Of a DNA stretch of 64,000 bases, positions 28,958 to 45,730 are shown in pieces (the stretch's first letter is position 1; each line of letters starts with the position of its first letter). The position numbers were made by a program, and so were the translations under genes. This DNA is from Adineta vaga. Its lineage: Eukaryota > Animalia > Rotifera. The stretch spans positions 1,302,001 to 1,366,000 of the forward strand of contig CP075493.1 in NCBI GenBank assembly GCA_021613535.1. Reading direction: 5' to 3'. The notes beneath the pieces were generated by a model that saw only the letters and a list, made by a program, of their open reading frames with translations, made no database searches and was not told where the DNA came from.

Positions 28958-29819
28958 ATGGCTGGCGAATATGATACAGCAATTACGGTATTCTCTCCTG
29001 ATGGTCGTCTCTTTCAAGTTGAATATGCACAAGAAGCTGTCAAGAAAGGATCAACAGCCGTCGGTGTACGTGGCAAAAATATTGTTGTTCTAGGAGTTGA
29101 AAAAAAAGCTGTTGCTGTTTTACAAGAAGATCGGTAAGACTTTTATTTCAAACGATTCCTTGTTTTTATCTTCAAATTTTTTCAGTACGGTTCGTAAAAT
29201 CTGCGTGCTCGATGATCATGTTGCCATGGCATTTGCTGGTCTTACGGCTGATGCTCGTGTTCTAATGCATCGTGCTCGTATTGAATGTCAATCACATCGA
29301 CTTAATGTTGAAGATCCCGTCACGATCGAATATATTACTCGATACATTGCTGATTTACAACAAAAATATACACAAGGACGTGGTCGTCGTCCATTTGGTT
29401 TATCTACATTAATTGTTGGTTTTGATTATGATGGTACACCACGTCTTTATTCAACAGATCCAAGTGGCACATATCATGAATGGAAAGCCAATGCAATTGG
29501 TCGACAAGCGAAAACGGTTCGAGAATATTTAGAAAAAGCTTACACAGAAACCACTTATGAATCGAATCATGAATCAATTAAACTATGTATTCGAGCATTG
29601 CTTGAAGTTGTACAAAGTGGATCAAAGAATGTCGAAATTGCAGTTATGTTAAGACATAAAGTATTAAAAACACTTAGTGCCGATGAAGTTGAAAAGTATA
29701 TTGCTGAAATTGAAAAAGAAAATGAAATCGAAGCAGAAAAGAAAAAACAAGCAAAACAAATCGGTGGTGGATCAACAACAACTACGGCTTTAACAACACA
29801 AACATCAAGAAAAGATTAG
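28958..29819 (+). CDS. PSMA7: Proteasome subunit alpha type-7 (one intron, ~29134-29185)
   Basis: [35 protein letters not shown]...AGLTADAR...GRRPFGLS. Confidence 0.97.
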
Positions 29820-30089
29820 AAAAAAGAGATCAAAGATCTCGGTGAATAACTTTCTCTTCTTTTTCTTCTTAAACACTTTCTTTTTACGATTATAGTTAAT
29901 TCTTGCGTTTCGTTTGTCTTATGATATTAATACATATAAAACAAGACATATATGATGTTCAAGTAAAACTTCTTCATTTCTAGATAATTGATACTTAAGA
30001 TTTCCATCATCTAACGATTTTTCAAAGAGAAATTAACATTCTAAAATCAAGCTTATATTTTTTTGTAGATGTTTAGTCTAAAATAAATA

Positions 30090-33000
30090 ATGGATGATGT
30101 AATTAATCTTATCGATCATTTGGTAAATGCAAAATATTCCATTGATACAGTGGAATCGATTGCTAATCAATTAAATTTGTCCAGAGATCAGATTTATCGA
30201 ATTTTAAGAGCTGATCGTTACAAAGATTATTTTCAATTCATCAAAAAAACCAATCAAGGAAAAGACAAAATCGCTCTTACACTCGATGTAAGTATCTATG
30301 AAAGAGATATCGAATATATATCATATCGATTCATATGATTCAGCTTTTCTGTTGTACACATTATGCTCAACAATGTAAGAATCAATCCTGTCCATTTTTA
30401 CACTTATGTCCATATAACATTCGGCCAATGCATGGTAAATGTACAAATAAAACTTGTCCATACGATCACGAAGTTTTAAAAAGCAATCATAACAAAAAAC
30501 TCATCAACACACGTGGTTTAAACTTTCTTTCAGACAATCTCCTTTTAAATTTAGCACGTGCTAGTGCTGATCCCGATCGATCGGTACAGATAAATACACA
30601 TCATTAATATTTCAATTCAAAGATCTCTCTTTCAATTCTAGTTTTGGGTATGTACAGATAATGGTAAAAAAGATGGTTGTGCAAAAAAATCTCAATGTGA
30701 TAAATTACATTATTGTTATTTTTCTTTGATCAATGCTTGTACAAAAGTCTACTGTCAACATGTTATTAACGATGCATGTATTGCATATTTTCGACATAAA
30801 GATTTATCAGAACAAGAACATAAAGATATTCTTGAAGCTTTTAAAAAAGTTCTTCGACAACGGTTTGTTATTTAAAAGGATTCACTCTTGTTCATAAGAT
30901 GATTTAATATTTTTAGAAAACCTGATTATATCAGTACAATCAACGTTCCTCCACACCCATCTTGGACTGAATCGATATCAATTAATGAAAAATCACTCCA
31001 TTCTAATAATCATAACAAGTAAATTAAGTTTTAGAATTAAGAATTTCAAATAAAGTTTCGTTTATTCTAGTAAATCACCCATTGTTAATGAACAACCTTC
31101 GACTCCATCGGTTCGTTCAATATTATCAGCATCAGCACCAGAATATAATGCAAAAACTGTGTCCAAATCTGATCTATGTCCACCATCATCAGAACATGAA
31201 CAAGATATTCTTTTGATTGATTCTTTAGATGAACATGAATGGACAGAAGTCGAATGTTGTTTAACACAAGAAATTGGTTATTCCATTAGATTATTAATTT
31301 CTAAAATAATTCTTTCAGAGTATAAAACTTCTCATCGGTATTGTTGTCTCTTTTCAAAACTTATTATTTAAATCTAAATTTCTTGTTTCTAGTCAAACGA
31401 ATTCTTTAAAATCTGTTTATTATTATTGTCCAATAGAAAATATTCATGATATATTCAAATTACTTCGTTGTCAAAATGAACAAAACTTATTGTTGAAACC
31501 ATTAGTTATCTATTCAAATATTCATGATGCACATGAAGCAACTGAATTAAATCTTGAAAATAATCAATTTTGTCTCTTACGTCTACTTGTATTTCAATCG
31601 AATCTTGTTGAGGAAAATCCTGTAGAAATCTAGATCCATCAATGATATCTTTTGATCGAATGTGGATTTATATTTATAATGATCAAGAGATTTCTTAAAA
31701 AAATATAAAAGTTATTTTATCTCATGCATTTTCGTTTTGTACATATGTAGAGATGAATTATTTTTCATTTCTAAAAATAAACATTGATGCAATCCATTTA
31801 GAGATCCAGTTTGTATATATACATATAAAGGTATACTCACATTCATCTTTAAGATTGTTCAACTATTAGTTTTACATGCTGAACACTTGATCCTATGTGT
31901 ATCTTCTATTAATATTAGAATTGATTTTGGAGGTTCTTTTTCTACTTGCAAATAATGATTTGATTGTTCGTTCAATTCTAAATTAAATTTTAAATCATGA
32001 AAAGAAACTTTTAAAAAAGTTTCTTCTTATCATGAAATTCCTGCTGATGATAGTGAAAATCATTATCTAAAAAGGAGTTTTCCAAAAATATTTCGATTTG
32101 ACAAGGTTTAATGATAACAGTTCTGTTGTAAACGAACTGGAAGATAGAATATCTGACCATAAACATCGTGGCTCGCTTGTTGAATTTATTAGAAAGTTTT
32201 TGTCTTTGTCGAACTTATGACTGATATTGAATTTCATTTTTACCCTCTTCTAAATTGTTTTTCTACTTAGGTGATAAAAAATAGTATTTCTCTTTGCAAC
32301 AGCATGTTATAGAAATACACATGAAAGAGCAATTATCAAAATAGAAAAATTGTTAAGAAATGCCATCGTCGTTTTACTCGAACATACGAGTTACGATATC
32401 GTTCTGAATTTAAATAGAATAAATTTCGTTCAACGCATTGAACCAAACGTATCATGAACATCTCTTTTGAAGATTTGACTTTTGAAGTCGTAGATCTTAA
32501 TATATCTGATTGGTGTTTAACTTAATAATTCAAGTCTTCTCTTTATATAAAATGCAGGGAACTAAAAAAGTGGTATCTGAGGACTAAGATTAAGGTCACA
32601 GACACACTATGAAAAAGAAAAGTAAACACGTGATTGGTCAATTCTCTTTTAATTGTATTTTATTGTTTATAGTGTGTCTTAGGCCTAAATTAATGAATAT
32701 TGATTTCCATGCTTTCGATTATGTCGCATTTTCTTCGTTCATCTCTATGTTAATGAACACGGCAGAATAGCTGTTGAAATGTGCGAATGGACTCAACGAC
32801 AAAATAAGATTCATTGACATTTCCTTTTTTGTTCAATAAAAGTTCATCTGTTTCATCCAAGTTTGACGAAAGTCATTATAAATAAACGTCAGATCTGTAT
32901 ATATGTCTACTTGTGAGAGAAACATTGCAGTGAGATCGAAACATGGAACAATCTAATGTTCATTTATTGGATCTACCCGATGAGATATTACTTATGATTC

Positions 33001-35330
33001 TCAAAAAACTAAATAATATCGATGTTCTCTACTTATTATTAAATATTGGTAATGAACAACTGCATAGTATAGCACAAGAGAACGCTTGCAGTGATACTCT
33101 CGAGTTCGCGTTCATTAACAATATTTCTCCAATTGATTAGCGTAAACTTGATCAGTTTTGCATCGATAGACGGAATTTGATTTTTGGCCATTAGAATTCA
33201 GCTAACAGTATTTATCTATTTTTTCAAGAAGTTTTCATAAGTATCATCATTAATTCTTATTTTCAAAATAGAGTAGTTCACCTAAAGTTCGATCATTAAA
33301 ATAGTATCATGATCAATAGATCGTGTTAAGTTATGTTTTATTTAGATGAATCACCTTTTCGGGATATTTTTCAACAACAAATCACAGAACTTAGTCTTGA
33401 TATTAAGGACAGAAATGGTACAAGTTCATCAACGAACTATACTACAAATGTCTATGAACATATCTTGAAATTTTTCAAAAATTTAAAATCATTGACTATT
33501 ATTGAAACATTCAATCCGTCATACCCACGTTTATCACTTTACAAGTTACCACCAACTACTTTCTTCTCTTCAACTCTCACTCATTTATGTATCAGTATGT
33601 ATACATTAGATGATTGTCTTTCTTTACTTGATGGTCGACTCAAACAATTAACTGAACTTATCGTTGAAATAAGTTTGATAAAAGAATCTCCATCAATCAT
33701 CCACACTACCGTAAGTATTAAACAAAAAGATCGATAATCATGTGACAACACTGATTATCAATTTTGTAGGAATTCATTTGAAAACAATTCAATTTTTCAA
33801 CTTTCTCCTACAATTATAAAACGAAATCTATTAAGTTTCCACAATCACCATTGAGAGATAATGTTTAGTTTGAAAAAGAAACACGTTTTAAATATAGAAT
33901 TCATGAATAGATTGTATGCGTCATTGATTTTGATTAATTTCATTAAATGCATATGTTGATAAATATTCCTTGTCGTTTAGGATGATCTACCTAATTTAAA
34001 AAACTTCTCATTAAAATGTTATACCGAAACTAACCAATATGATAATGAAGTTCGATCTCTTCTTCGTCGTATGGGATTTTTGGAGAAACTAACTTTATAT
34101 CTTCATATCAAAGATCGAGCTAATATCATCGACAATACTCATCTTGAAACTGAAATTCTTATTTATCTGCCACGACTTCATTCATTCACTTTTTATATTT
34201 CTACTAGTTGGAATCCTGTTGATTTATTTCTTGATCTACCCAGACAAGATAATCAGAGTATAATCACAAATATTTGGCAACAACCTGTAGCTAATATCGT
34301 ACATTATATTGGTGATGACTATGCTGTGCATCATATCTTGTCACTTCCGTTTACATTCAATCGCCTTGAATATTTTGGCAATATATTTCCTGATACTATA
34401 TTTAATTATGTTACATTTTTATCAGTACAAGATAGAGTTCCATTTAACCATGAATTCTTTGTTCCAGTTGCTCGATCTTTCCCGTCACTGATTACTTTAC
34501 ATGTTACGAATACTGAATTTCCGTCGAGATTTAATTATGATACATACTCAGCTGATAGTGGTCAATTATATTCAATTGCTGAATATCCTTCTCTTTCTTC
34601 ACTTGATTTGAGATTTACAACTCATAATTATGCAGAACAATTTCTAAATGAAACAATGACATTTGTGCCCTGTCTGGTTGAATTAACAATTAGTTATAGA
34701 GATCTGGAAAAAGTAACAAACAACTTTACGAGAGATCAAACACGACGAAATTGTGCAAAGATCAAACGATTAATAACGGTTGGCACATGGGTGGCTTCCA
34801 AAGATTTCTATTTTTATTTTCCTTTGTTATAAATGATGTTCTATTTTGGTTTTTCGAATAAAATCAGTGGTATGAAATCAATTGAAAAAAAGTTAATCAA
34901 TTAATTTCTAAAATAATTCTTTCAGAGTATAAAACTTCTCATTGGTATTGTTGTCTCTTTTCAAAACGTATTATTTAAATCTGATTTTCTTTTCTTTTCT
35001 AGTCAAACGAATTCTTCAGAATCTGTTTATTATTACTGTCCAATAGAAAATATTCATGATATATTCAAATTACTTCGTTGTCAAAATGAACAAAACTTAT
35101 TGTTGAAACCATTAGTTATCTATTCAAATATTCATGATGCACATGAAGCAACTGAATTAAATCTTGAAAATAATCAATTTTGTCTCTTACGTCTACTTGT
35201 ATTTCAATCGAATCTTGTTGAGGAAAATCCTGTAGAAGTCTATGATCCATCAATGATATCTTTTGATCGAATGTGGATTTATATTTATAATGATCAAGAG
35301 ATTTCTTATCATTTCATATGTATAACATGA
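30090..35330 (+). CDS. CCCH zinc-finger protein, PARP12/ZC3HAV1-like, with degenerate ART-like C-terminus; last two exons duplicated (truncated copy ends 31633, full copy ends 35330)
   Basis: CTHYAQQCKNQSCPFLHLCPY, CTNKTCPYDH, CTDNGKKDGC..CDKLHYC; spliced to SVYYYCP...LVIYSNIHDAH...FCLLRLLV...VEVYDP. Confidence 0.6.
31293..31697 (+). repeat. ~405-bp direct repeat, copy 1 (copy 2 at ~34900-35308)
   Basis: Near-identical sequence from attaatttctaaaataattctttcag to gatcaagagatttctta. Confidence 0.95.
32594..32685. mobile_element. Tourist/PIF-Harbinger-like MITE
   Basis: TAA-GGTCACAGACACACTAT...ATAGTGTGTCTTAGGCC-TAA: imperfect terminal inverted repeats with 3-bp TAA duplication. Confidence 0.65.
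32943..34832 (+). pseudogene. F-box/LRR-like gene with premature stop and deletion in exon 1
   Basis: LLDLPDEILLMILKKLNNIDVLY F-box; TAG at 33138; downstream exons (33346-33710, 33981-34832) still open, with family motifs CLSLLDGRLKQL and NFTRDQTRRNCAKIKRL. Confidence 0.75.
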
Positions 35331-35883
35331 CATATTTTTTTAACTTACTAACAAATTGCACATGAAATAGAAGAGTAAAACTGTTGATTGAATAAGTTTA
35401 ATGGAATATGTCATGTTTCTTGAACAATATTAACTGACGTCATTCAAATTTTTAATTAAACTATAGGTTATTTTTGATGAAATCATTCTATTTAAATAAA
35501 CATAAGAAAGGGGAATCTAATTCCATTATCTTCTTAGTTGTGATAAAATTTCATTTAATTAAACGACGTCATTTTCAATCTTTTGAATATTGGCGCCATC
35601 TATCCAGGAACTTCTTGTTCTATTTCATTTCTTTCTTTCGTGGAATATTTTTAATCATCATTTAAGATTGAAATAATCTGAATCATTTTTTGAAAAAAAC
35701 TTCTGAAAAGCGAAAGTTTATTTATTTCGGAATAATTTCAACCAATAGAAGAATTCCGAAAGAAAATCTACCTAATTTTTTTTTTCTTCTCTACTATAGA
35801 TCGACGAGTGTGTGAGTGTGAACGATTGATCGATATTATTTCAAACATCTGTTTATAGTTGATTCACTTACGCAACATTCCTC

Positions 35884-36359
35884 ATGGATTCAACAAACGA
35901 AAATACAACACCAATGGTAAAGAAAACTTTTTTCTAAAAACCATCTAGAATTCAAATGATCTTCGTCTAGGACAATGGCATGACACCAGAAATGAGTGAA
36001 GAAGCCAAATTAAAAGCTAAATATGGTGGTGCACTTCCTCGACAACAAAAATTATTAACAAAAAAATTAATAACAAAAGTAAGAAGATCTTTATTTTATC
36101 TTGAAAATTGATGTTTATTTTGTTTCTTTTCTTCTTCAAGCCAAAATATTTCGATTCTGGTGATTATAATGTCGCTAAAGCTCAAGGTAAATTAGATGCT
36201 AGTAAACCCGATCCAACAACAAAAATAACAAATGATAAACAAGTCCCATCACTAATTGTTCCTGAAACTGTTACTGGACATGAAATTCCAACACCTGAAA
36301 CAGTCATGCCAAGGAAATTATCGTGTGCAGCTACAATGACACCAACATCAGCACAATGA
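35884..36359 (+). CDS. ENSA: Alpha-endosulfine/ARPP19 (3 exons)
   Basis: EEAKLKAKYG...PKYFDSGDYNVAK (Greatwall site); IPTPE...RKLS. Confidence 0.93.
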
Positions 36360-36600
36360 ACCTACCTATACATATCCCAACGAACAAAATTCAAAAAAGA
36401 AAACATTATTTTTTTCGTCGTCGTCGTCTTCTTTTTCTTCTTCTACTTGTAATCTCTTTCATTCGATTTATTTTTTCACTTCACTATCAGCCTTTTTCTT
36501 TCTCTGTATATATGTGAGAGTATTTTCAAAAAGACACACACGTACACAGATTTTTTTTCTTGTCTTTCTAGAAAAACAAAGAATATAATTAATTATCATC

Positions 36601-39291
<2,691 letters not shown>

Positions 39292-39654
39292 AAAGAATCT
39301 GTTGTTTTAAATAAAAAAAAATATTCTTGTTATTTCATTCTTTCCTAAAACTAAATGGCCAGATCACAAATCTTTGAAGAAAAGTTAAAACATTCATTGA
39401 GATTGAAAATAATTCAGTCGTCGCTACTATACATTCGAATATGAAAAAGAACAAAGGACATCTAGATGAATTACTAACATCTAATCATTAACAGTGGTAC
39501 AAAATGGACTATTGCATTCATACTTATCTACACTATTTTCTCTTTTCATATAATAAGTGTGTATATACTTATTGACACGATAAAAAGAAGAAAAAAAACG
39601 CATAATATCTATATACATCATTCTAGCAACGAAATAAACAAATCATCACGTTTT

Positions 39655-40672
39655 ATGGCTGGAGTACTTGTTTTGCTTATACTGTTTGCTCTTGTGTATG
39701 CTCTATGTTATTATCTTTATAAAACTTATATTTATTTTCCATCGATTAAAAATGAACAATTACGAAATCGACGTGTAATTATAACTGGTGCATCACGTGG
39801 CATCGGTGAACAATTAGCTTATGAATATTCACGCTATAATTGTCGTTTAGTTCTTGCAGCACGTAGTATTGATCTATTAAAAAATCAAGTAGCACCAAAA
39901 TGTCGAAGTGCTGGTGCAAGTCAAGTTGAATGTGTCGAATTTGATGCTTCGAAAGAACAAGCGTGTACTGAATTAATTGAAAAAACTGTTGGATTCTATC
40001 AAGGAATTGATATTCTTATTCTTAATCATACAGCATCAGTTTATGAACCATTTTTTAAAAGTGATATTTCAACAAATATTCAAAATATGAAACGACTTTT
40101 TAATACAAATTTTTTTGGATATTTTAATACAAGTTAGGAGAAAAAAAACCTATCGTCGTTTTAATTGTTTTGTTTCCTTTTTATAGCGATGTCTGCTCTT
40201 CCTCATTTAAATCAAAGTGGAACAAATCAATTGCCATCACAAATCATTGCTATCTCATCATTAGCAGGTGCTTGTCCATTACCTCAAACGGCTATTTATG
40301 GTAAAACTAAAATAGTTTCGATAAACTATAAAAGATTTCTTTATTTAAACTACTTTAGGTACAACAAAACATGCTATTCAAGGTTTTTTTTTAAATCTTG
40401 CTCGTGAACTTCGTATATCGGAATTGTATCAGGGTCGTGTTACATCGACTGTTGCTATTCTTGGTTTAATTGGAACTGAAAATGCACTCGATGCAACCAA
40501 TAACAGTCTTCACATGTTCGCAGCAGATGTACAAAAAACAGCTCGAGCAATTTTAGCTGCAGGAATTTATGGACAGAGTCGTTTGTTTTATCCATATTTT
40601 TTTGGATTAATTCCACCACTTTATTATATTTTTACACCGTTATTTGATTTCATGGCACGTTTAGGCAATTGA
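39655..40672 (+). CDS. Membrane-anchored short-chain dehydrogenase/reductase, 11-beta-HSD1-like (3 exons)
   Basis: N-terminal TM; ITGASRGIG; ILNH; spliced YGTTK catalytic motif; LGLIGTENA. Confidence 0.88.
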
Positions 40673-40756
40673 TTATCATAATTTATTAAAAGAATAAAAT
40701 TAAAAAAGAAAGAAATTGTATTTGAAAGAGACACACTCTTATGTTTGACGTTTTAT

Positions 40757-43202
40757 TTATCTAAGACGAGATTTATCGTTGACAATGAAAATATTTTTCG
40801 CTGAACCAACAATCATGTTGGGTCGATTATAATCTGTATCAGCACAATAAACAGCATTTTCAAGATCAGTTATTCCACCAATCATCTATATAAAAATGCA
40901 AAATTTCGATAATATGATTCATTCTTTTCTATTGCATTACTTGTAAAAGCGAATAATCATATATAATCGCTTCATTTTTCTCATTTCCAGCACACATAAT
41001 ATAATCTTTTGGACAAAATTTCGTTGCATAAAGCTACAAAGAAAAGGATATATATATATAATCCATGAAAATTTTCGTAGTTGTTTACCATTGATGTTGC
41101 ACTATTTTGAAAAGCATCTTTAATTAATGCACCTGTTGGAAAATCCCAAAGCTAAATAAGAAAAAAGAAAGAAAGAAAGAACCAATGCTATTATGAATCT
41201 AATCTTCAAATAAACCTGTAATGTCGAATTTTTTCTCCATGATCCTGTTAAAACAATTTGATGATCAGCAACGATATCCAATGCATCACCACATAAATGT
41301 GGTCCGGCAAAATGTTTTTGAGAATGTTGTACACGTTCATCCCAATAATGAACTGTATCATCCCAACCACCTGTTAGAAATAATGTTTCCATACCTGGAT
41401 GGGCACGAATAGCATGTATACGATTTTTATGTCCATCCATTTTTTCTCGACTGTCTCTTAAATTCATTCGCGAATTCAATGATAAAATAAAACAAAGAAA
41501 TAGTTTCGAAAACTTACGATGCTCGTAAATTACTAACTAATTTTTTCGTTGTAAAATCATAACAATTTATTTTACAGTCACTACCTAAATAATCAGTCAA
41601 GAAATAATTGTTGATTTTTCAAGGATTATTTAACTATTTACCGGCAACATATAAACGTGTATGACTGGCATTGAAATCAAGTGCTAATGGCTGGCGATCT
41701 TTTTCATCGAATGTAAAAACACATTGTTGAGTTGGATAATGCCAAACTTTAACATAACCAGCCGTGTCTAAAACAATCAAATCATAAACAAACAATTTTT
41801 TCCTCATTTTGTTTTGTCATACATGTCGCAGCAATCATTTTCTGATGATCAGTTTTTAAATCATCTTTATTTGCATAGAATTTCAGACATGTGACTGGAT
41901 AACCTATGAAATAGTTCAAACAATGATAATTATATGAGAATCTTTTCTTCTTTTGTTTTCATTCAGTATATTACGTCGTGTTTTTGTATCATTATCGGAA
42001 AGTGCATATTGAAATTGACCCGTCTTTGAGTAAATCTATATTAATACAATAAAAAAAGAAGTTATAACCTAGTTAATGGAATTATAAGTATGTTCTTCGC
42101 CGAAAGTCAGATGTCCGATATTCGGCAATTTACATTTTATCGATCGTTTTTGTTTCGATATAAAAACTCGATGTGATTATTGATACTCTAGGCAACATTT
42201 GCTTGTAAAAACAGAATAACTTTTGAAAGAAAAACAATGTACCCATTATAAATGGTACGCTCAAGTAAGAATCGAAAGATTTTTATCTCTAAACTGAATT
42301 GTTCTTATGTCTTCTATTAAAAGTACAATCATAGCTTTATTTTTAAAGGAAATGAAGAAAAAAAAGTTGCTTCCGTTTGAAATGATGTGTAGTGAACTAA
42401 ACGTTCGAAGGGCATCTCTAGTATATTTCATTACATATGAGAACAATCTTCTATCGAAAAAGAAACCAGAGTAAAATTTCGAACTTACTTTAATTGTACC
42501 ATTGCCTAAACCAACAGCAAATACATCTCCTAATGGACTATATTTGCAACAGAGAACATATTCTTCGCAATCACTAAATGAAATTAAACAATAACTTCTC
42601 CTTCTTTTTCGTATTGGTACGAATAAATCAAATACTTACACCACATTTGCTAATTCAAAATCACCTAATATCACATGTTTTGGACGTGTATCAACAACTT
42701 TCGACATTCGACGTGTACGTGTAACAGGTGGTACTCCAAAACCATCACTATTCGTTGCTGTGATTGAGGGACGTCGTCCAGCTAATAGAAATTTGAAATA
42801 AGTATCAAAAATATTTAGATCAAAGTAAAAAAATGGAGAAATATTAGACAAACGCACCGAATGGTTTTTCATCTTTCGTTAAATTAATTGAGGGACGTCG
42901 TCCACCTAATTAATAACAATAATTTAGTAAAAAGAAAACCTAGGAAATATTAAATAAACGCACCGAATGATTTCTCATCCTTAGTCAAAGAGATCGAAGG
43001 ACGTCTTCCACCTAAGAAAGGTTATCATATAGCACTATCATCAAGAAGAAAAACAATGATTCAATAAACGCACCAGCTGATCTATCAGTATCAAGAGCCG
43101 TAATTGAAGGACGTCGTCCACCTAATCAAGGTTATTATAATCAACCATATATAGTTAGGGATAAAAATAAAACGCACCAACTGATCTGGTCGGCGATGTC
43201 AT
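40757..43202 (-). CDS. WD40-repeat protein with N-terminal RRPSI micro-exon repeats (multi-exon)
   Basis: GHKNRIHAIRAHP..LFLTGGWDDTVHYWD; VLTGSWRKNSTLQ; VKVWH; FCCKYSPLGDVFAVGLGNGTIK. Confidence 0.85.
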
Positions 43203-43749
43203 TGTGTTTCAATCTAATTGTCAAAAATCTTCGTCGTTTTCTTCTCGTCTCGTTTCGTTTTCTGTTATTGTTAAAAATGGAATAGAGAAATGTAACTAAT
43301 CAGTCACACGATCATGTTTTACTTTGTTATTCTCTGCTGTTAGGAGAATAAATAAGATTGAATGACTGTGTGAGTGTGTCTGAGAAAGGTGTTGCAAAAA
43401 AAAGCTGTAAGAACGAACAAGAAAAAAAGAGAGAGGTGAAGATCATCAAAACCGTATGGCGACCGAGTGAAAAAAGAAAAAAAAGTTTTGATACAAACAA
43501 AAACTAGACGATGAATGTGATGTGCACAAGTTTCTCTCTCTCTTTCTCTCTCTTTTAATTTTCTCTAATGGAAGAATAAAGTTTTGTTTTAAATACATAT
43601 TGTTGAAAGAAATTGTATTCTTTCTTTTGTCATGAACAAAGTTTACTATAGCAATTGTAAGATATAATTACGACGTGAAAATTTATTTTAACAAAAAAAA
43701 AGTTTTGAAAAGAAAACCTTGAATATGTATTTCATTAATGTTTGCTTTA

Positions 43750-43944
43750 CTTACTCACTAAGGATTCAACAAATTGTGTGCGATCATCAGTTGTAGAGAT
43801 ATAAGAAGATGAAACAGTAGGAGGACGAGTACCCATTTGTGGTTCAGGTTCTGAACCTGAATCTTCATAATCTTCGTCATCGAGATCACTTAAATCATTT
43901 GCATGGGAAACAAAATCACCCAAAACATTGTTATATGTTGACAT
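43750..43944 (-). CDS. Acidic coding exon, possibly an alternative first exon of the WD40 gene
   Basis: MSTYNNVLGDF...DDEDYEDSGSEPEP ends at a GTAAGT donor in phase 1, compatible with the phase-1 micro-exons. Confidence 0.4.
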
Positions 43945-45730
43945 TTTATTTTAATTTTCAAGATGTTGAATGACACAGCTGATTTCTTTCCTGTAGATAG
44001 ACGTCATTTTTGTTCGTAGTCATGGTTCTATCAGCCAAGTAATATTTCTTGGAAGTCGGACATGTCGCTGAATGGTCGAAAGAAAAGAACAATCTTAAAT
44101 GGTTGCTATAGGGTATCATACTTGTGCTGCCCTCAACGTAATATTCTCTTATGAACAAATCAATTCTCATTTCATAGTAAATGAATAAAAGAAAAAAATT
44201 CTTTTTCTTGTAACATGTGTCTATATATGCAGGCCCAATGCAATATTCTTTACATGAGAGATATATGTTCTCAGGCTTTTTTTTTCACTTGAAGAATGAT
44301 TGTTGATGCATATTTACCTGTTTTAAAGGTCAGAGAGAATCTTCTTGTAATAAAAGGAAGTAATTTTCAAAGATAACCTATGTTTAAGAATACATTTAAT
44401 CTGTCGATCAGTTCAGTATTGTTAATAAGGTTCAGTTTTTCAAAATCTATATCGGTAGGTACATGTCACTAGACTAAACAAAAAGTTGTTGTTTCTGGTA
44501 GAATTATTTATTTGCGACGGTACACAAAAACACAAAAAGTAGAGAGTCATTTTTTTTCAAAAGAATAAAGTCAAATTCATGTCTGTAAAATAGATTTTTC
44601 CGTTACAACGTCTTTAGTTTTAATATGTCTTTGGATTGATTGACATAAGTCGATGAAAATTACATTTTTTTTCTCGACATACCTTGTTGAGGACGTGGGT
44701 GACAGTGTGGACGAGGGTGTTGGCTGATTAAAATAAAGTTCTTGATTAAAAAATGTGTTGAATGTAACAAAATCGTGGTACTATTTGTTTTAAGATTGTG
44801 ATGAATCGAATCAATATTGGAATGAACTTATTACACCAATAGGATCATCAAATGAGTACCTATTCAAAATAGATCTTATTTTAAAAATGACACCAACCAT
44901 CTTGAGGGTGTGGATGAGTCATAATGATGATGCATCATCCTTGTCCTCTTCAATATCAATTGAATGTTCGCCATTCTCATAATGGCCTGACTTATCAAAA
45001 ACTACGATGAATAAAACAGTGTTAAATACACGAAGAGCGTGTAATTGTAAGTGTAAGACCTATGCAGTGTTTGGTTAACGTTGCGAAAGCAAACGGTCAC
45101 TATGTGGCTAGATGCTTTGACCTTATGACCGGTAGAAACTGTTCTCTCATTGCATGTTCTATTTTCTCCTATATAAATTAGTGCTCTATGTAAAATAAGC
45201 ACATTTTTGGAGTAATGACATAGTGTATTAAACATCAGATATGAAGATAGTGGTTAACGCTACTAGTCCCGTTTGAGATTGTGATCTCAATAAACTAAAT
45301 AATTTACCAATAACGGGGACCTACTGTACATAATTTCCATTATAATTGGTACTTCGACACTTTTCGTTTCGTTACTTGAACTAAAGATGTATAATCAGAT
45401 TGAGAAAAGATTTTCTCATTTGATTTTAATTCAATGTAGATGTTTCTATGAGAAAATTATAACAAAATAATACATCAATTTTTCAAAAATAAACTTCATC
45501 GCATTCTCTGTGAGAATAACGTTGTGTATAAAGCATAGTAATGAAAAATATCGGATACAATGCATTCTACATCGGTCATCAGGTCAAATGATGCGTTATG
45601 GAATCAAGCTTCCTCTCCTTTTCCTCTATGTCATTGCATCAAGATTAATGTTATTCCATCTTGATTAAGAAAACAGGATATCTAACTGGGATAATATACT
45701 TTTGACCACCAGATTTTCAAAATTTATCTG

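Noticed and set aside
44680-45005. Exon-like minus-strand pieces with splice sites
   Set aside because: Could not be assembled into a consistent reading frame or assigned to a family.
45303-45328. TA-CAGTAGGTCCCCGTTA pogo/Tc1-like terminus on the minus strand
   Set aside because: No partner inverted repeat or transposase remnant found; at most a solitary end.
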